This document shows positions 38,900 through 47,760 of a stretch of DNA of 64,000 nt, in pieces. Made by a program: the position numbers and the translations under genes. The notes below the pieces were generated by a model. The model was given only the letters and a program-made list of their open reading frames with translations. It had not been told where the DNA came from and did no database searches. The DNA comes from Gemmatimonadota bacterium. GTDB taxonomy: Bacteria > Gemmatimonadota > Gemmatimonadetes > Palauibacterales > Palauibacteraceae. How positions within the stretch are numbered: the stretch's first letter is position 1; each line of letters starts with the position of its first letter. The stretch lies in assembly GCA_965116475.1 (NCBI GenBank), contig OZ220691.1, forward strand, positions 1,568,001-1,632,000. Reading direction: 5' to 3'.

Positions 38900-39940
38900 G
38901 TGAGGATAGGGCTCGTGGGGTTCGCGGGCGCCGGCAAGACGACGGTGTTCAACGCGATGACGGGACTCGGCGTCCCGGTCGGGTTCGGCGGCGAGGTGCG
39001 GCTGGGGACGGTGCGGGTTCCGGACGAGCGCATCGATGCGCTCAGCGCCCACTTTTCCCCCCGCAGAACGACGTACGCGGAGATGCGGTTCTGTGACATC
39101 CCAGGGGAGCACGGCGCGGCGAGCAAGGGCCTGTCGCCGCGCGGGCTCCAGCAGATTCGCGACCAGGAGGCGCTCTGCCTCGTCCTGAGGGACTTCGACA
39201 ACCCCGCGCTCGCGGACCCGCCGGACGCGGAGGGCGAACTCGAGGCCTTCGCCACGGAATGTCTGCTCTCGGATCTCGACATCGTCGAGCGCCGGCTGGA
39301 CCGGGCGCGGCGCGAGGGAGCGGACGCGGTCGAGATCGCCGCCTTCGAACGGGCGCTTGAGGCGCTCGAACGCGAGCAGCCGCTGCGGACCGTCCCGCGG
39401 GCGGAACTGGACCGCGCGCCGTTCCGCGGCTACGGCCTCCTGACGGATCGTCCCCTGCTCGCCGTGCTGAACCGCAGCGAGGATCGCGCCGGGGAGCCGC
39501 TACGGCCGGCGCTCGCCGCGCGACTCGCCGCGATGGGGGCCGGCGGCCTGGCGTTGTCCGCCCCCGTCGAGGCGGAGATCGCCGACCTCGACCCGGACGA
39601 CCGGGCCGCCTTCGTGGAGGCGCTCGGCCTGCGAGAACCGGCCCTCGCCCGCTTCATCCGCTCCGCCTACGGGCTCCTCGACCTCATCTCCTTCTTCACC
39701 GTCGCCCCCGTCGAAGTCCGCGCATGGACGATCCGGCGGGGCACTCGCGCCAGGCGGGCGGCGGGCCGGGTCCACTCCGACATGGAGCGCGGCTTCATCC
39801 GCGCGGAGGTCATCCCCTACCAGGTGTTCGCGGAGCACGGCTCCGAGCAGGCCGTGAAGGAGGCGGGCCTGCTGCAGGTCGAGGGCAGGGACTACGTCGT
39901 CGAGGACGGCGACATCCTCCACATCCGCTTCAACGTCTAA
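38900..39940 (+). CDS. ychF: YchF-like ATPase (DUF933 C-terminal TGS domain)
   Basis: GFAGAGKTT, VPDERID, LISFFT, AGRVHSDMERGFIRAEV, EGRDYVVEDGD, RFNV. Confidence 0.85.
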   Translation: MRIGLVGFAGAGKTTVFNAMTGLGVPVGFGGEVRLGTVRVPDERIDALSAHFSPRRTTYAEMRFCDIPGEHGAASKGLSPRGLQQIRDQEALCLVLRDFDNPALADPPDAEGELEAFATECLLSDLDIVERRLDRARREGADAVEIAAFERALEALEREQPLRTVPRAELDRAPFRGYGLLTDRPLLAVLNRSEDRAGEPLRPALAARLAAMGAGGLALSAPVEAEIADLDPDDRAAFVEALGLREPALARFIRSAYGLLDLISFFTVAPVEVRAWTIRRGTRARRAAGRVHSDMERGFIRAEVIPYQVFAEHGSEQAVKEAGLLQVEGRDYVVEDGDILHIRFNV

Positions 39941-39975
39941 CCCGCCCCCCCAAGCCTCCGCATCGCTTGCTGCCC

Positions 39976-40041
39976 TTAAAAGAAGCAGGGGCCCCCGAGA
40001 GGAGGCCCCGCGCCCTGCGATCGAAACCACAGGGGGTGTTG
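39976..40041 (-). ncRNA. Candidate small RNA
   Basis: TTGATC-N17-TAGCTT upstream; UUCG-capped 9-bp hairpin; GC hairpin followed by a U-rich tail. Confidence 0.5.
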
Positions 40042-40046
40042 GAGGC

Positions 40047-40075
40047 AAGCTAGGACTCATCGCGAGCGAGATCAA
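40047..40075 (-). promoter_or_regulatory. Sigma70-like promoter TTGATC-N17-TAGCTT
   Basis: Exact 17-nt spacer between hexamers. Confidence 0.45.
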
Positions 40076-40100
40076 GCAACAGGAACGTTCCGGGTGCCTC

Positions 40101-41177
40101 CTACCCCTCGAGCAGGGTTTCGATGTGGGCGGCGGTGGCGAGCGCGGTGCCGTCGAGGTTGTAGCCGCCCTCCAGCAGCGAGACGACGCGGCCGTCGCAG
40201 CAGGTGTCCGCGTAGTCCATCGCGGTGCGCGTCATGCGCCGGAAGGCATCGTCCGTGAGCGCGAAGCAGCCCAGGAGGTCGTCGACGCGGCTGTCGAAGC
40301 CCGCGGAGAGGATGACGAAGTCCGGGTCGAAGGTGGCGACGGCGGGCGAGAGCGTGTCGTCCCAGCGGGCCAGCATGTCGGCGTCGGTGGCGCCGCAGTC
40401 GAGGTGCACGTTGATGTTGAGTCCGCTTCCCTCGCCCTCGCCCGTGAGGGCGGGGTCGCCCGTGCGTGGATAGGCGGCCCAGTCGTGGGCGGAGAAGAAG
40501 AGCACGGACGGATCATCGTAGAAGGCGTTCTGCGTCGCGTTCCCGTGGTGGTAGTCCCAGTCGATGACGAGGACCCGCTCGAACCCGTGCACCCGCTGGG
40601 CGTATCTCGCGGCCACGGCGGCGTTGCTGTAGTAGCAGAACCCTTCCTCGGCGCCGGTGTTGTTGGCATGGTGGCCGGGAGGGCGGATGGCGCAAAACGC
40701 GTTCCGCACCTGCCCCGCGACGACCGCATCGATGGCGGTCAGCGCGCCGGACACGGCGAGTTCCGCAACCGGGCCGGAGACGTCGAGTTCGCGGATCGAC
40801 GCCACGTGCTCCGGGGTGTGGTGCGCCTCGATGTGCGGCCTCGCTTCGGCGGCCGGCGCGAGCGGCACCGTGGCCTCGTCCAGCCCCCGCGCGACGAGTT
40901 CCTCCCTGATGCGCACGAGGCGGTCGGGAACCTCCGGGGGGCGCGCGCCGTCCGGCCGGATGAGGACGTGGTCCAGGTAGCGGTCGTCCCAAACGAGTCC
41001 GGTCCCCGTGGCGGGGACGGAAGCCGGGCCGCTCGCGGCGCCCTCGGACTCCCCGGCGTCGGGGGCCGGACGGCAGGACCAGGCGGCGGCCGGAAGCAGG
41101 CCGAGGCCCGCGACACCCAGCGCGGCCTCTTCGACGAACTTCCTTCGGGTGCGGGCGAGATCTCTCGGTGTGCGCAT
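40101..41177 (-). CDS. Histone deacetylase family protein with Tat-like signal
   Basis: RPPGHHA, GFCYY, DWDYHHGN, SAGFD, LEGGY; N-terminal TRRKF. Confidence 0.92.
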   Translation of the reverse strand: MRTPRDLARTRRKFVEEAALGVAGLGLLPAAAWSCRPAPDAGESEGAASGPASVPATGTGLVWDDRYLDHVLIRPDGARPPEVPDRLVRIREELVARGLDEATVPLAPAAEARPHIEAHHTPEHVASIRELDVSGPVAELAVSGALTAIDAVVAGQVRNAFCAIRPPGHHANNTGAEEGFCYYSNAAVAARYAQRVHGFERVLVIDWDYHHGNATQNAFYDDPSVLFFSAHDWAAYPRTGDPALTGEGEGSGLNINVHLDCGATDADMLARWDDTLSPAVATFDPDFVILSAGFDSRVDDLLGCFALTDDAFRRMTRTAMDYADTCCDGRVVSLLEGGYNLDGTALATAAHIETLLEG

Positions 41178-41291
41178 GGCGGGACCCCCTTTCCTGAAAC
41201 TAGACTAATCGAGGCTTGACGTGGGTCGCGAGAGCCGTCGCGAGAACCGGTCGCGGGTGTGCGACCGGCCCCCCTGACCTCGAGGTATCCC

Positions 41292-42140
41292 ATGGCCGCC
41301 GGAAACACGCGCAGGAACCCTCCTCTCCGAGCCCTCCGCCTGCTGGCTGGCGTGGCGGGAGGACTGATCGTTTTGCACGGCTGCGGCGGGACGCCGGAGG
41401 AGGAGGAGACCGACGCGATGGCAGAGCCCGAGGAGGCCGCGGACACGCGGATCGTGGACCGGCTCGCCGCCGGGGACGCGGTGTTCGGGCTCTTCTCCGG
41501 CGATCACACGCCCGAGGCCGGCGCCGCCATGGCCGCGAACCGCCCGCTCGATTTCGTGTTCTACTCGCTGGAGTCCGGCCCCTTCGACATCCCCGCGCTC
41601 GAGGGTTACGCCGCCGGGATGTCGGAAGCCTTCGGACACGAAATGCCCCACCCGATGCTGCTGCGCATCCCCCCGATCCGGGACGGGCACGACGAGGCGC
41701 GGGACCGCGCCGCGCAGGGGTTGGCGGCCGGCGTCTCCGGCATCGTCTACCCGCACGTCGAGACCGCGGAGGAGGCCGCCCTCGCGGTGGACGCGCTCGG
41801 CAACGCCGCCTGGCCGGGCAATCCGGACGGCCACCTGATCAGCTTCCTCCTCATCGAGGACCAGGTCGGGATCGACAACGTGCGGGAGATCGTCTCCACC
41901 CCCGGCGTCAGCGCCGTCTCGCCGGGGCCGGGCGATCTGCGGCGCGTCTACGACGGAGACATGGAGAAGGTGGAGGAGGCGATCCAGATCGTGCTCGCCG
42001 CCTGTCTCGAGTTCGACGTGCCGTGCGGGGTCACGGCGGGCGTGGACGACATCGCCACGCGGATCGAGCAGGGGTTCCGCGTGTTCATCGTCACCCAGCC
42101 GGACGCCGTCGCCCTCGGGATGGCCGCCGCCGGCCGTTAG
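41292..42140 (+). CDS. HpcH/HpaI aldolase/citrate lyase family protein with lipoprotein signal
   Basis: PHVETAEEA, LLIED..GIDNV.EI, GPGDL; LIVLHGC lipobox. Confidence 0.82.
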   Translation: MAAGNTRRNPPLRALRLLAGVAGGLIVLHGCGGTPEEEETDAMAEPEEAADTRIVDRLAAGDAVFGLFSGDHTPEAGAAMAANRPLDFVFYSLESGPFDIPALEGYAAGMSEAFGHEMPHPMLLRIPPIRDGHDEARDRAAQGLAAGVSGIVYPHVETAEEAALAVDALGNAAWPGNPDGHLISFLLIEDQVGIDNVREIVSTPGVSAVSPGPGDLRRVYDGDMEKVEEAIQIVLAACLEFDVPCGVTAGVDDIATRIEQGFRVFIVTQPDAVALGMAAAGR

Positions 42141-42165
42141 CCGGGTTTTTCGCGCAGGAGGGAAG

Positions 42166-43701
42166 ATGAAATCGCTCAGCCTGATCACATCCGTCGTCGC
42201 GCTCGGCCTTGTGCCCGCGGGCGCGCTCGCCCAGGAAGGCTCCGGAGGCGGGAACGGCAACGAGCCCGAGCCTTCGCGCTGGGAGACGAACCATTCCATC
42301 GTCGTGGACGGGGAGACCGTCGAATACCAGGCGGTCGTGGGCAGCGTCATCCTCCGCGACAACGAGGAGAACGCGACCGGGGAACTCTTCTACACGGGAT
42401 ACTTCCGGACGAACGGCGGCGACCCCTCCACGCGACCCATCATCTTCGCCTACAACGGGGGGCCCGGGTCGGCCTCCTTCTGGCTCCACATGGGGATCAT
42501 GGGGCCGCGCCGCGTCGTCACGCCCAACGTGGGCCAGCAGGCGCCGCCGCCGTACCCGCTCGTCGACAACGGCTACACCGTGCTCGACATCGCAGACGTC
42601 GTGATGGTGGACCCGATCGGCACCGGGTTCAGCCGTCCCGCGGGGGACGCGGACGGGACCGATTTCTGGGGGATGGATGAGGACGCTTCCTCCCTCACCC
42701 AGTTCATCCGCCGGTTCCTGAGCGAGAACCGGCGCTGGAATTCGCCCCGCTACATCCTCGGCGAGAGCTACGGCACGACGCGATCCGTGCTGCTCGCGCG
42801 CCACCTCCAGAGCGCGAACATTGACTTGAACGGGATCGTGCTCGTCTCCGCCGTCATCGACTTCAACACGCTCCAGTTCCCGGATGGGTCCCACATCGGC
42901 TTCATCACGAACGTCCCGTCCTTCGCGGTCGCCGCCGAGTACCACGACATGCTGCCGGGTGGGCGCCCCGACGATCTCGAGGCGTTCATGAAGGAGGTCG
43001 AGGCGTGGGCGCTGACCGACTACGCGCAGGCGCTGCTCGCCGGCACCGCCGTGGATCCCGAACTGCGCGCGCGGGTGCTGCGGCAGATGCACGAGTACAC
43101 GGGGCTGAGCATGGAGTACCTGGACAAGGCCGATCTGCGCGTTTCGGCGCCCGAGTTCGAGAAGGAACTGCTGCGCGACCGGCGGCTCACGCTGGCGCGG
43201 CTCGACACCCGGTTCACGGGACCGACGGGAGACCTGCTCGACCTGACCCCCGACCACGACGCGCAGTCTTCGGCCATCAGCTCGGCCTACACCTCCCTCT
43301 TCAATACGTACGTGCGGGACGAACTCGGCTACGACGGCGACCGCGAGTACTGGCCCAGCGGGATGGCGCGCCCGTGGAACTGGGAGCGAGAGGGCGGGCG
43401 TCGCGGACCCTTCGGCGGCTCGGCACTCAACGTGGGGCCCGACCTCGCACACGCGATCGAACGCAACCCGCGCCTCGAGGTCCTGCTCATCAACGGGATC
43501 TACGACTTCGCGACGCCGTACTTCCCCATCGTGTGGTCGCTGGAGCAACTCGGCCTGCCGCCGGATCTGCGCGACAACATCACGCGCGACGACTTCGCCG
43601 CCGGCCACATGATGTACGTGGAAGAGAGCCTGCTCCCGCAGTGGCGCGAGACGCTGACGACGTTCATCACCCGCACGGCCGGCGCAAACCTCGTCCCTTA
43701 G
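42166..43701 (+). CDS. S10 family serine carboxypeptidase, exported
   Basis: NGGPGS, DPIGTGFS, GESYG, GHMMY. Confidence 0.93.
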   Translation: MKSLSLITSVVALGLVPAGALAQEGSGGGNGNEPEPSRWETNHSIVVDGETVEYQAVVGSVILRDNEENATGELFYTGYFRTNGGDPSTRPIIFAYNGGPGSASFWLHMGIMGPRRVVTPNVGQQAPPPYPLVDNGYTVLDIADVVMVDPIGTGFSRPAGDADGTDFWGMDEDASSLTQFIRRFLSENRRWNSPRYILGESYGTTRSVLLARHLQSANIDLNGIVLVSAVIDFNTLQFPDGSHIGFITNVPSFAVAAEYHDMLPGGRPDDLEAFMKEVEAWALTDYAQALLAGTAVDPELRARVLRQMHEYTGLSMEYLDKADLRVSAPEFEKELLRDRRLTLARLDTRFTGPTGDLLDLTPDHDAQSSAISSAYTSLFNTYVRDELGYDGDREYWPSGMARPWNWEREGGRRGPFGGSALNVGPDLAHAIERNPRLEVLLINGIYDFATPYFPIVWSLEQLGLPPDLRDNITRDDFAAGHMMYVEESLLPQWRETLTTFITRTAGANLVP

Positions 43702-43803
43702 CTCGCCTCACTTCCACACACGGTTGAGGGCGTGATGACGGCACCGCGCATCATCGGTTCAGGATTGGATCGGATGCGAGCGCGGAGCTATGATGTGGAT
43801 ACC

Positions 43804-44391
43804 ATGCAACTTACCGAAGTCACCTGGCGAGACGCGCAGCGGATGCCCGACGACGGCAACCGCTATGAGGCGATCGGCGGGGTCCTGCACGTGACCGCCG
43901 CCCCCAGGTGGCGCCACCAGGTGGTCGGCGCGCGGCTCCTGAGGAAGCTGTGCGAGTTGTTGGAGGATCCCGGACACGGCGAGGTCGTGCCCACGCCCGG
44001 CGTCGAGTTCCCCGCCACCGGCGAAGGCGTGCAGCCGGACATCCTCTTCGTCTCCAACGAGCGGCGCCACCTCGTCGAGGAGGCGGGACTCGTGGGGGCA
44101 CCCGACCTGGTCGTGGAGGTGCTCTCCCCCTCTACCGCCGAGCGCGACCGCGGCGTGAAGCGGCGGCTCTACGAGCGCCAGGGCGTGCGCGAGTACTGGA
44201 TCGTGGACCTCGTAGAGAACCGGGTCGACGTGTACCGCTTCGGCTCGGGAGCCGGGACGACGGGAACGGAAGTGACCCTCAGGCCCGAGCGCTTCCACCG
44301 CCTGCTCCCCGTCCGCCTCGGTGACACGCAGGTCGGCGCGATCGACCTCTCCGCCATCTTCGCCCCCGGATTCGTCGACACCCCCCGCTGA
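43804..44391 (+). CDS. Uma2 family endonuclease
   Basis: RYEAIGG, QPD, PDLVVEVLSPST, GVREYWIVD. Confidence 0.92.
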   Translation: MQLTEVTWRDAQRMPDDGNRYEAIGGVLHVTAAPRWRHQVVGARLLRKLCELLEDPGHGEVVPTPGVEFPATGEGVQPDILFVSNERRHLVEEAGLVGAPDLVVEVLSPSTAERDRGVKRRLYERQGVREYWIVDLVENRVDVYRFGSGAGTTGTEVTLRPERFHRLLPVRLGDTQVGAIDLSAIFAPGFVDTPR

Positions 44392-44447
44392 CGGACCCCC
44401 GCAGGCCGGACACAACGTCTCCCACGAAGGCACTTTTCGGCGTTTTG

Positions 44448-44562
44448 CCGAATCACCCGCTGAGTTCTGTCCGAATCACCCGCTGGATTCTGTCCGAATC
44501 ACCCGCTGGATTCTGTCCAAATCACCCGTTAGGTTTTTTCCGAATCACCCGTTGGAGATTCT
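44448..44562. repeat. Tandem array, 5 x 23 bp (CCGAATCACCCGCTGGATTCTGT)
   Basis: Units start at 44448, 44471, 44494, 44517 and 44540. Confidence 0.95.
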
Positions 44563-44576
44563 ATTTCAGGATTCTC

Positions 44577-45827
44577 ATGGACTACATCACCCGAATCGTC
44601 GACCAGGAACTCAAGGAACGGCTCGAGGCCACGGGTGCCGTGGTGATCGAGGGCCCGAAGGCCTGCGGAAAGACCGCCACTGCCAGGAATCTGGCGGCAA
44701 GCGAGGTACGGCTCGACGTCGACCGTAACGCTCGGCGCATGGTCGGCGCCTCTCCCGGCACGGTTCTGAGCGGCGACACGCCCCGCCTCATTGACGAGTG
44801 GCAGGTCGAGCCGGACATCTGGAACCATGTGCGGAGAGCCGTGGACGACCGGGGCGCTCCCGGGCAGTTCATCCTGACCGGCTCGGCGGTTCCCGCGGAC
44901 GATGTGACGCGGCACACCGGTGCCGGCCGGATGACACGGCTCAGAATGCGCACATTCTCGCTCCTGGAAGCCGGTCATTCGTCCGGCCGAGTATCCCTCG
45001 CCGCACTGTTGAACGGAGAAGTCCAGAGTTCGGAGCCATCCACTCTCACGGTTCCCGAACTGGCGGAGCTGATCTGCCGAGGGGGCTGGCCGGGGCACCT
45101 CCGCTACCCATTGGATCGCGCGCTGCGCAACAACCGGGGCTATCTGGACGAAATCCGCCGTGTCGATGTCTCAGCCGTGAGCGGAAGACGGAGAGACCCC
45201 GTCAAGGTCGGACGCCTGCTGCGGTCGCTGGCAAGGAACGTGACAACCCCAGCCACCCTCACGACTCTGGTCAAGGATGTGCGCGGAGGCGCCCCGACCA
45301 TGAAGCCGGAGACGGCAGCCGAGTATCTTGAAGCGCTCGAGCGCCTTATGGTCGTCGAGGATCTGCCCGCCTGGGCGCCGCACCTGCGATCGCGGACACG
45401 ATTGAGAAGCACGCCGGTGAGGCACTTCGTCGACCCGTCCCTCGCGGCGGCCGCGCTTAGCGCCACCCCGCAGCGTCTCATTGACGACCTCGAGTACCTG
45501 GGTTTCCTGTTCGAGGCCATGGTCGTCCGAGACCTGCGTGTCTACGCACAGGAGGCCGAAGCGGAGGTGTATCACTACCGGGAAAAGGCGGGCCTGGAAG
45601 TGGACGCGGTCGTCGAGTGCGACGATGGGCGCTGGGCAGCCTTCGAAATCAAGCTGGGAGACCGCTGGGTGGACAAGGGGAAGACCAGCCTGCGCAAGCT
45701 GGCAAGACGCATGATCGAGGGCGGGCGCGGCGCACCCTCCGCGCTGGCGGTGATCATACCGAACGGTTACGGCCACGTGCCGCGTGGCGATGTCGGCGTC
45801 ATCCCCATCGGAACGCTGGGGCCTTAG
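44577..45827 (+). CDS. ATP-binding protein, AAA_14 + DUF4143 (paralog of 6109-7413)
   Basis: GPKACGKT, LIDEWQ, ILTGS, RHFVDP, EVDAVV...FEIK. Confidence 0.9.
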   Translation: MDYITRIVDQELKERLEATGAVVIEGPKACGKTATARNLAASEVRLDVDRNARRMVGASPGTVLSGDTPRLIDEWQVEPDIWNHVRRAVDDRGAPGQFILTGSAVPADDVTRHTGAGRMTRLRMRTFSLLEAGHSSGRVSLAALLNGEVQSSEPSTLTVPELAELICRGGWPGHLRYPLDRALRNNRGYLDEIRRVDVSAVSGRRRDPVKVGRLLRSLARNVTTPATLTTLVKDVRGGAPTMKPETAAEYLEALERLMVVEDLPAWAPHLRSRTRLRSTPVRHFVDPSLAAAALSATPQRLIDDLEYLGFLFEAMVVRDLRVYAQEAEAEVYHYREKAGLEVDAVVECDDGRWAAFEIKLGDRWVDKGKTSLRKLARRMIEGGRGAPSALAVIIPNGYGHVPRGDVGVIPIGTLGP

Positions 45828-45880
45828 CTACCCCTTCCACCGACGGGGTTGCCGCCGCTTAGCCGGGTCGCGATGAGCCG

Positions 45881-46429
45881 TCACCAGATGGTTTCGTAGC
45901 GCGCGGGGGCGAGGTTCCAGGTTTCGCCGTAGACGTGCAGGCGGTTGGTCGGTCCGTCGGGGCCGACGAGCGGGGCGCCGGCGTGGGTCCATGAGAGGAG
46001 GCTCCCGCGCAGGTTGAGTACGCGCCGGCCTTGCTCGTTCTGCCGCTTCGCATACTCGGAACTTCGGTGGCCGATCGTGCAGTAGGCCACGACGGTCATG
46101 TCGGCGTAGCGGTCGGAATTCCGTTCGAACTCCTCGGAGGTGATGGAACCGGGGATCCAGGAGACCTCGCGCTCGCGGGGCGCCCGGGCGTCGACGAGCA
46201 CGACGCTTCCGGTCTCGAGCAATCGCCCCACCTCTTCCACGGTGACGGCCTCCACCTCCGGAAAGCGCCGTTCGACTTCCTCCACCATCTCTTCCACGCG
46301 CGCGAGCTTCTCGGCATCTGTCAGGCCCGCCGCCGGCGCCTGACCCGTACAACCGGTGGCGGCGACGAGTATGAGCGACGGAGCCAAAGCCAGGAGCGCC
46401 GGCGCCAGAGCTGCCTTGTGTCGTTCCAT
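45881..46429 (-). CDS. Rhodanese-like domain lipoprotein
   Basis: VDAR...E...IPGS, YCTIGHRS, NLRG...W. Confidence 0.88.
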   Translation of the reverse strand: MERHKAALAPALLALAPSLILVAATGCTGQAPAAGLTDAEKLARVEEMVEEVERRFPEVEAVTVEEVGRLLETGSVVLVDARAPREREVSWIPGSITSEEFERNSDRYADMTVVAYCTIGHRSSEYAKRQNEQGRRVLNLRGSLLSWTHAGAPLVGPDGPTNRLHVYGETWNLAPARYETIW

Positions 46430-46472
46430 CGTCTCTCTCACGGACGGATCCTCATTCTTCGGGACGGGCCGC

Positions 46473-47744
46473 TCAGGCGGCGCGGGCGGTGGCGATGCCC
46501 TCGGCCAGCGCTTCCACCAGCCGCGGAATCGTGTGCGCCGGCGTCGCGCACAGGGCGATCCGCACCGCGCCCTCTATCGGGACCACGTACACCCCCGCCT
46601 CGCGCATGGTGGCGGCCGTCACCTCTGCGTCCGGCGTGAACACCGAGACGAAGAAGCCGCCCTCGTAGCGCGGGTAGGACAGCCCCGCGGCCCCCGCAAG
46701 CTCGTTGAAGACCGCGACGCGCTCGTTGAGGAGGCGAATCATCCCCGCGCGCTCCTCATCCGTGCGCCGGCGCAGTTCCGGATCGGTGAGGAGTTCGGTG
46801 GCGCCCAGCAGGCCGAGGTGGTTGCAGTTCGACCACGTGGCCCGGCACGAGAACCCGAGCGCGTTCGAGATCCGCTGCCGTTCCTCCGCCTCCCGGTGGA
46901 GCGCCACGAGCGCCCCCACCCGCGCGCCGTAGAGGGCGAACGACTTCGACACGGTCCAGCCCACGAGCACCGTGGCGGACTCCATCATCCGCGGGAGCTG
47001 GGCGATCCAGCCGTTGGACCCTTCGTCCCCGAACTTCGCGTAGGCGTGGTCGAGGAGGAACGCGACCGGACCCCTCCGGCCGACCTCCCGCACGATCTCC
47101 GCCACGGCTTCCCACTCCGACTCGTCGAGCGAATAGCCGGTGGGGTTGTTGCAGGGGAAGTTGAAGAGGACGAGCGACCGCCCCTGACGGTCGACCTGGC
47201 CCTCGAGCGCCGCCCGGAAGGCGTCGACATCGAGGCGGATCCCGGCGTCGAACATGTTGAAGGTCTCGACCGCGCGTCCCGAATGGGTCGAGATCGTGTG
47301 GTACGGACCCCAGTAGTAGCTGGGCGTGAGCGCCGCCTGCCCGGGCTCGAGGAAGTTCAGGATCGCGTGGTGGATCGCCCCGGTGCTCCCCGGCGTGGCC
47401 ACGGCGACCGCCTGATCGGCCAGCGCGCCCTCCCCCAGGAGGTCCGCGATCACCGCGGCGAGGTATGGAGGGTCTCCGGAGATCGGCGCGTAGCCGGCGG
47501 CGCGCGCGTGCGGCACGCGCCCCAGCGCCTCGGCGGCCGCGGGCATCACCGCGAGGCTCCCGTCGTCGTTCATCAGCGCCCCGAGCGTCGAGTTCAGGAT
47601 CGACTCGCCCGCCGCGGCCCGCCGCACCGCCTCGCCGTGCAGGGCGAAGATCGGGTCGTTGCCTTCGCGCGCGGCCGCCTCGGGTATGAGGCTGCCGGGA
47701 GAACCGGAAGGGGGCGTCGTCGCCGCCGTCGTCGCCGTCGTCAT
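46473..47744 (-). CDS. Aminotransferase class I/II (PLP-dependent)
   Basis: NNPTGY, DHAY, SKSFALYGARVG. Confidence 0.9.
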   Translation of the reverse strand: MTTATTAATTPPSGSPGSLIPEAAAREGNDPIFALHGEAVRRAAAGESILNSTLGALMNDDGSLAVMPAAAEALGRVPHARAAGYAPISGDPPYLAAVIADLLGEGALADQAVAVATPGSTGAIHHAILNFLEPGQAALTPSYYWGPYHTISTHSGRAVETFNMFDAGIRLDVDAFRAALEGQVDRQGRSLVLFNFPCNNPTGYSLDESEWEAVAEIVREVGRRGPVAFLLDHAYAKFGDEGSNGWIAQLPRMMESATVLVGWTVSKSFALYGARVGALVALHREAEERQRISNALGFSCRATWSNCNHLGLLGATELLTDPELRRRTDEERAGMIRLLNERVAVFNELAGAAGLSYPRYEGGFFVSVFTPDAEVTAATMREAGVYVVPIEGAVRIALCATPAHTIPRLVEALAEGIATARAA

Positions 47745-47760
47745 CCTCCGTTATCCTCCG

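Noticed and set aside
44448..44562. CRISPR array interpretation of the 23-bp repeats (also 6004-6095)
   Set aside because: Units are contiguous with no unique 25-45 nt spacers, and no cas genes are in the window.
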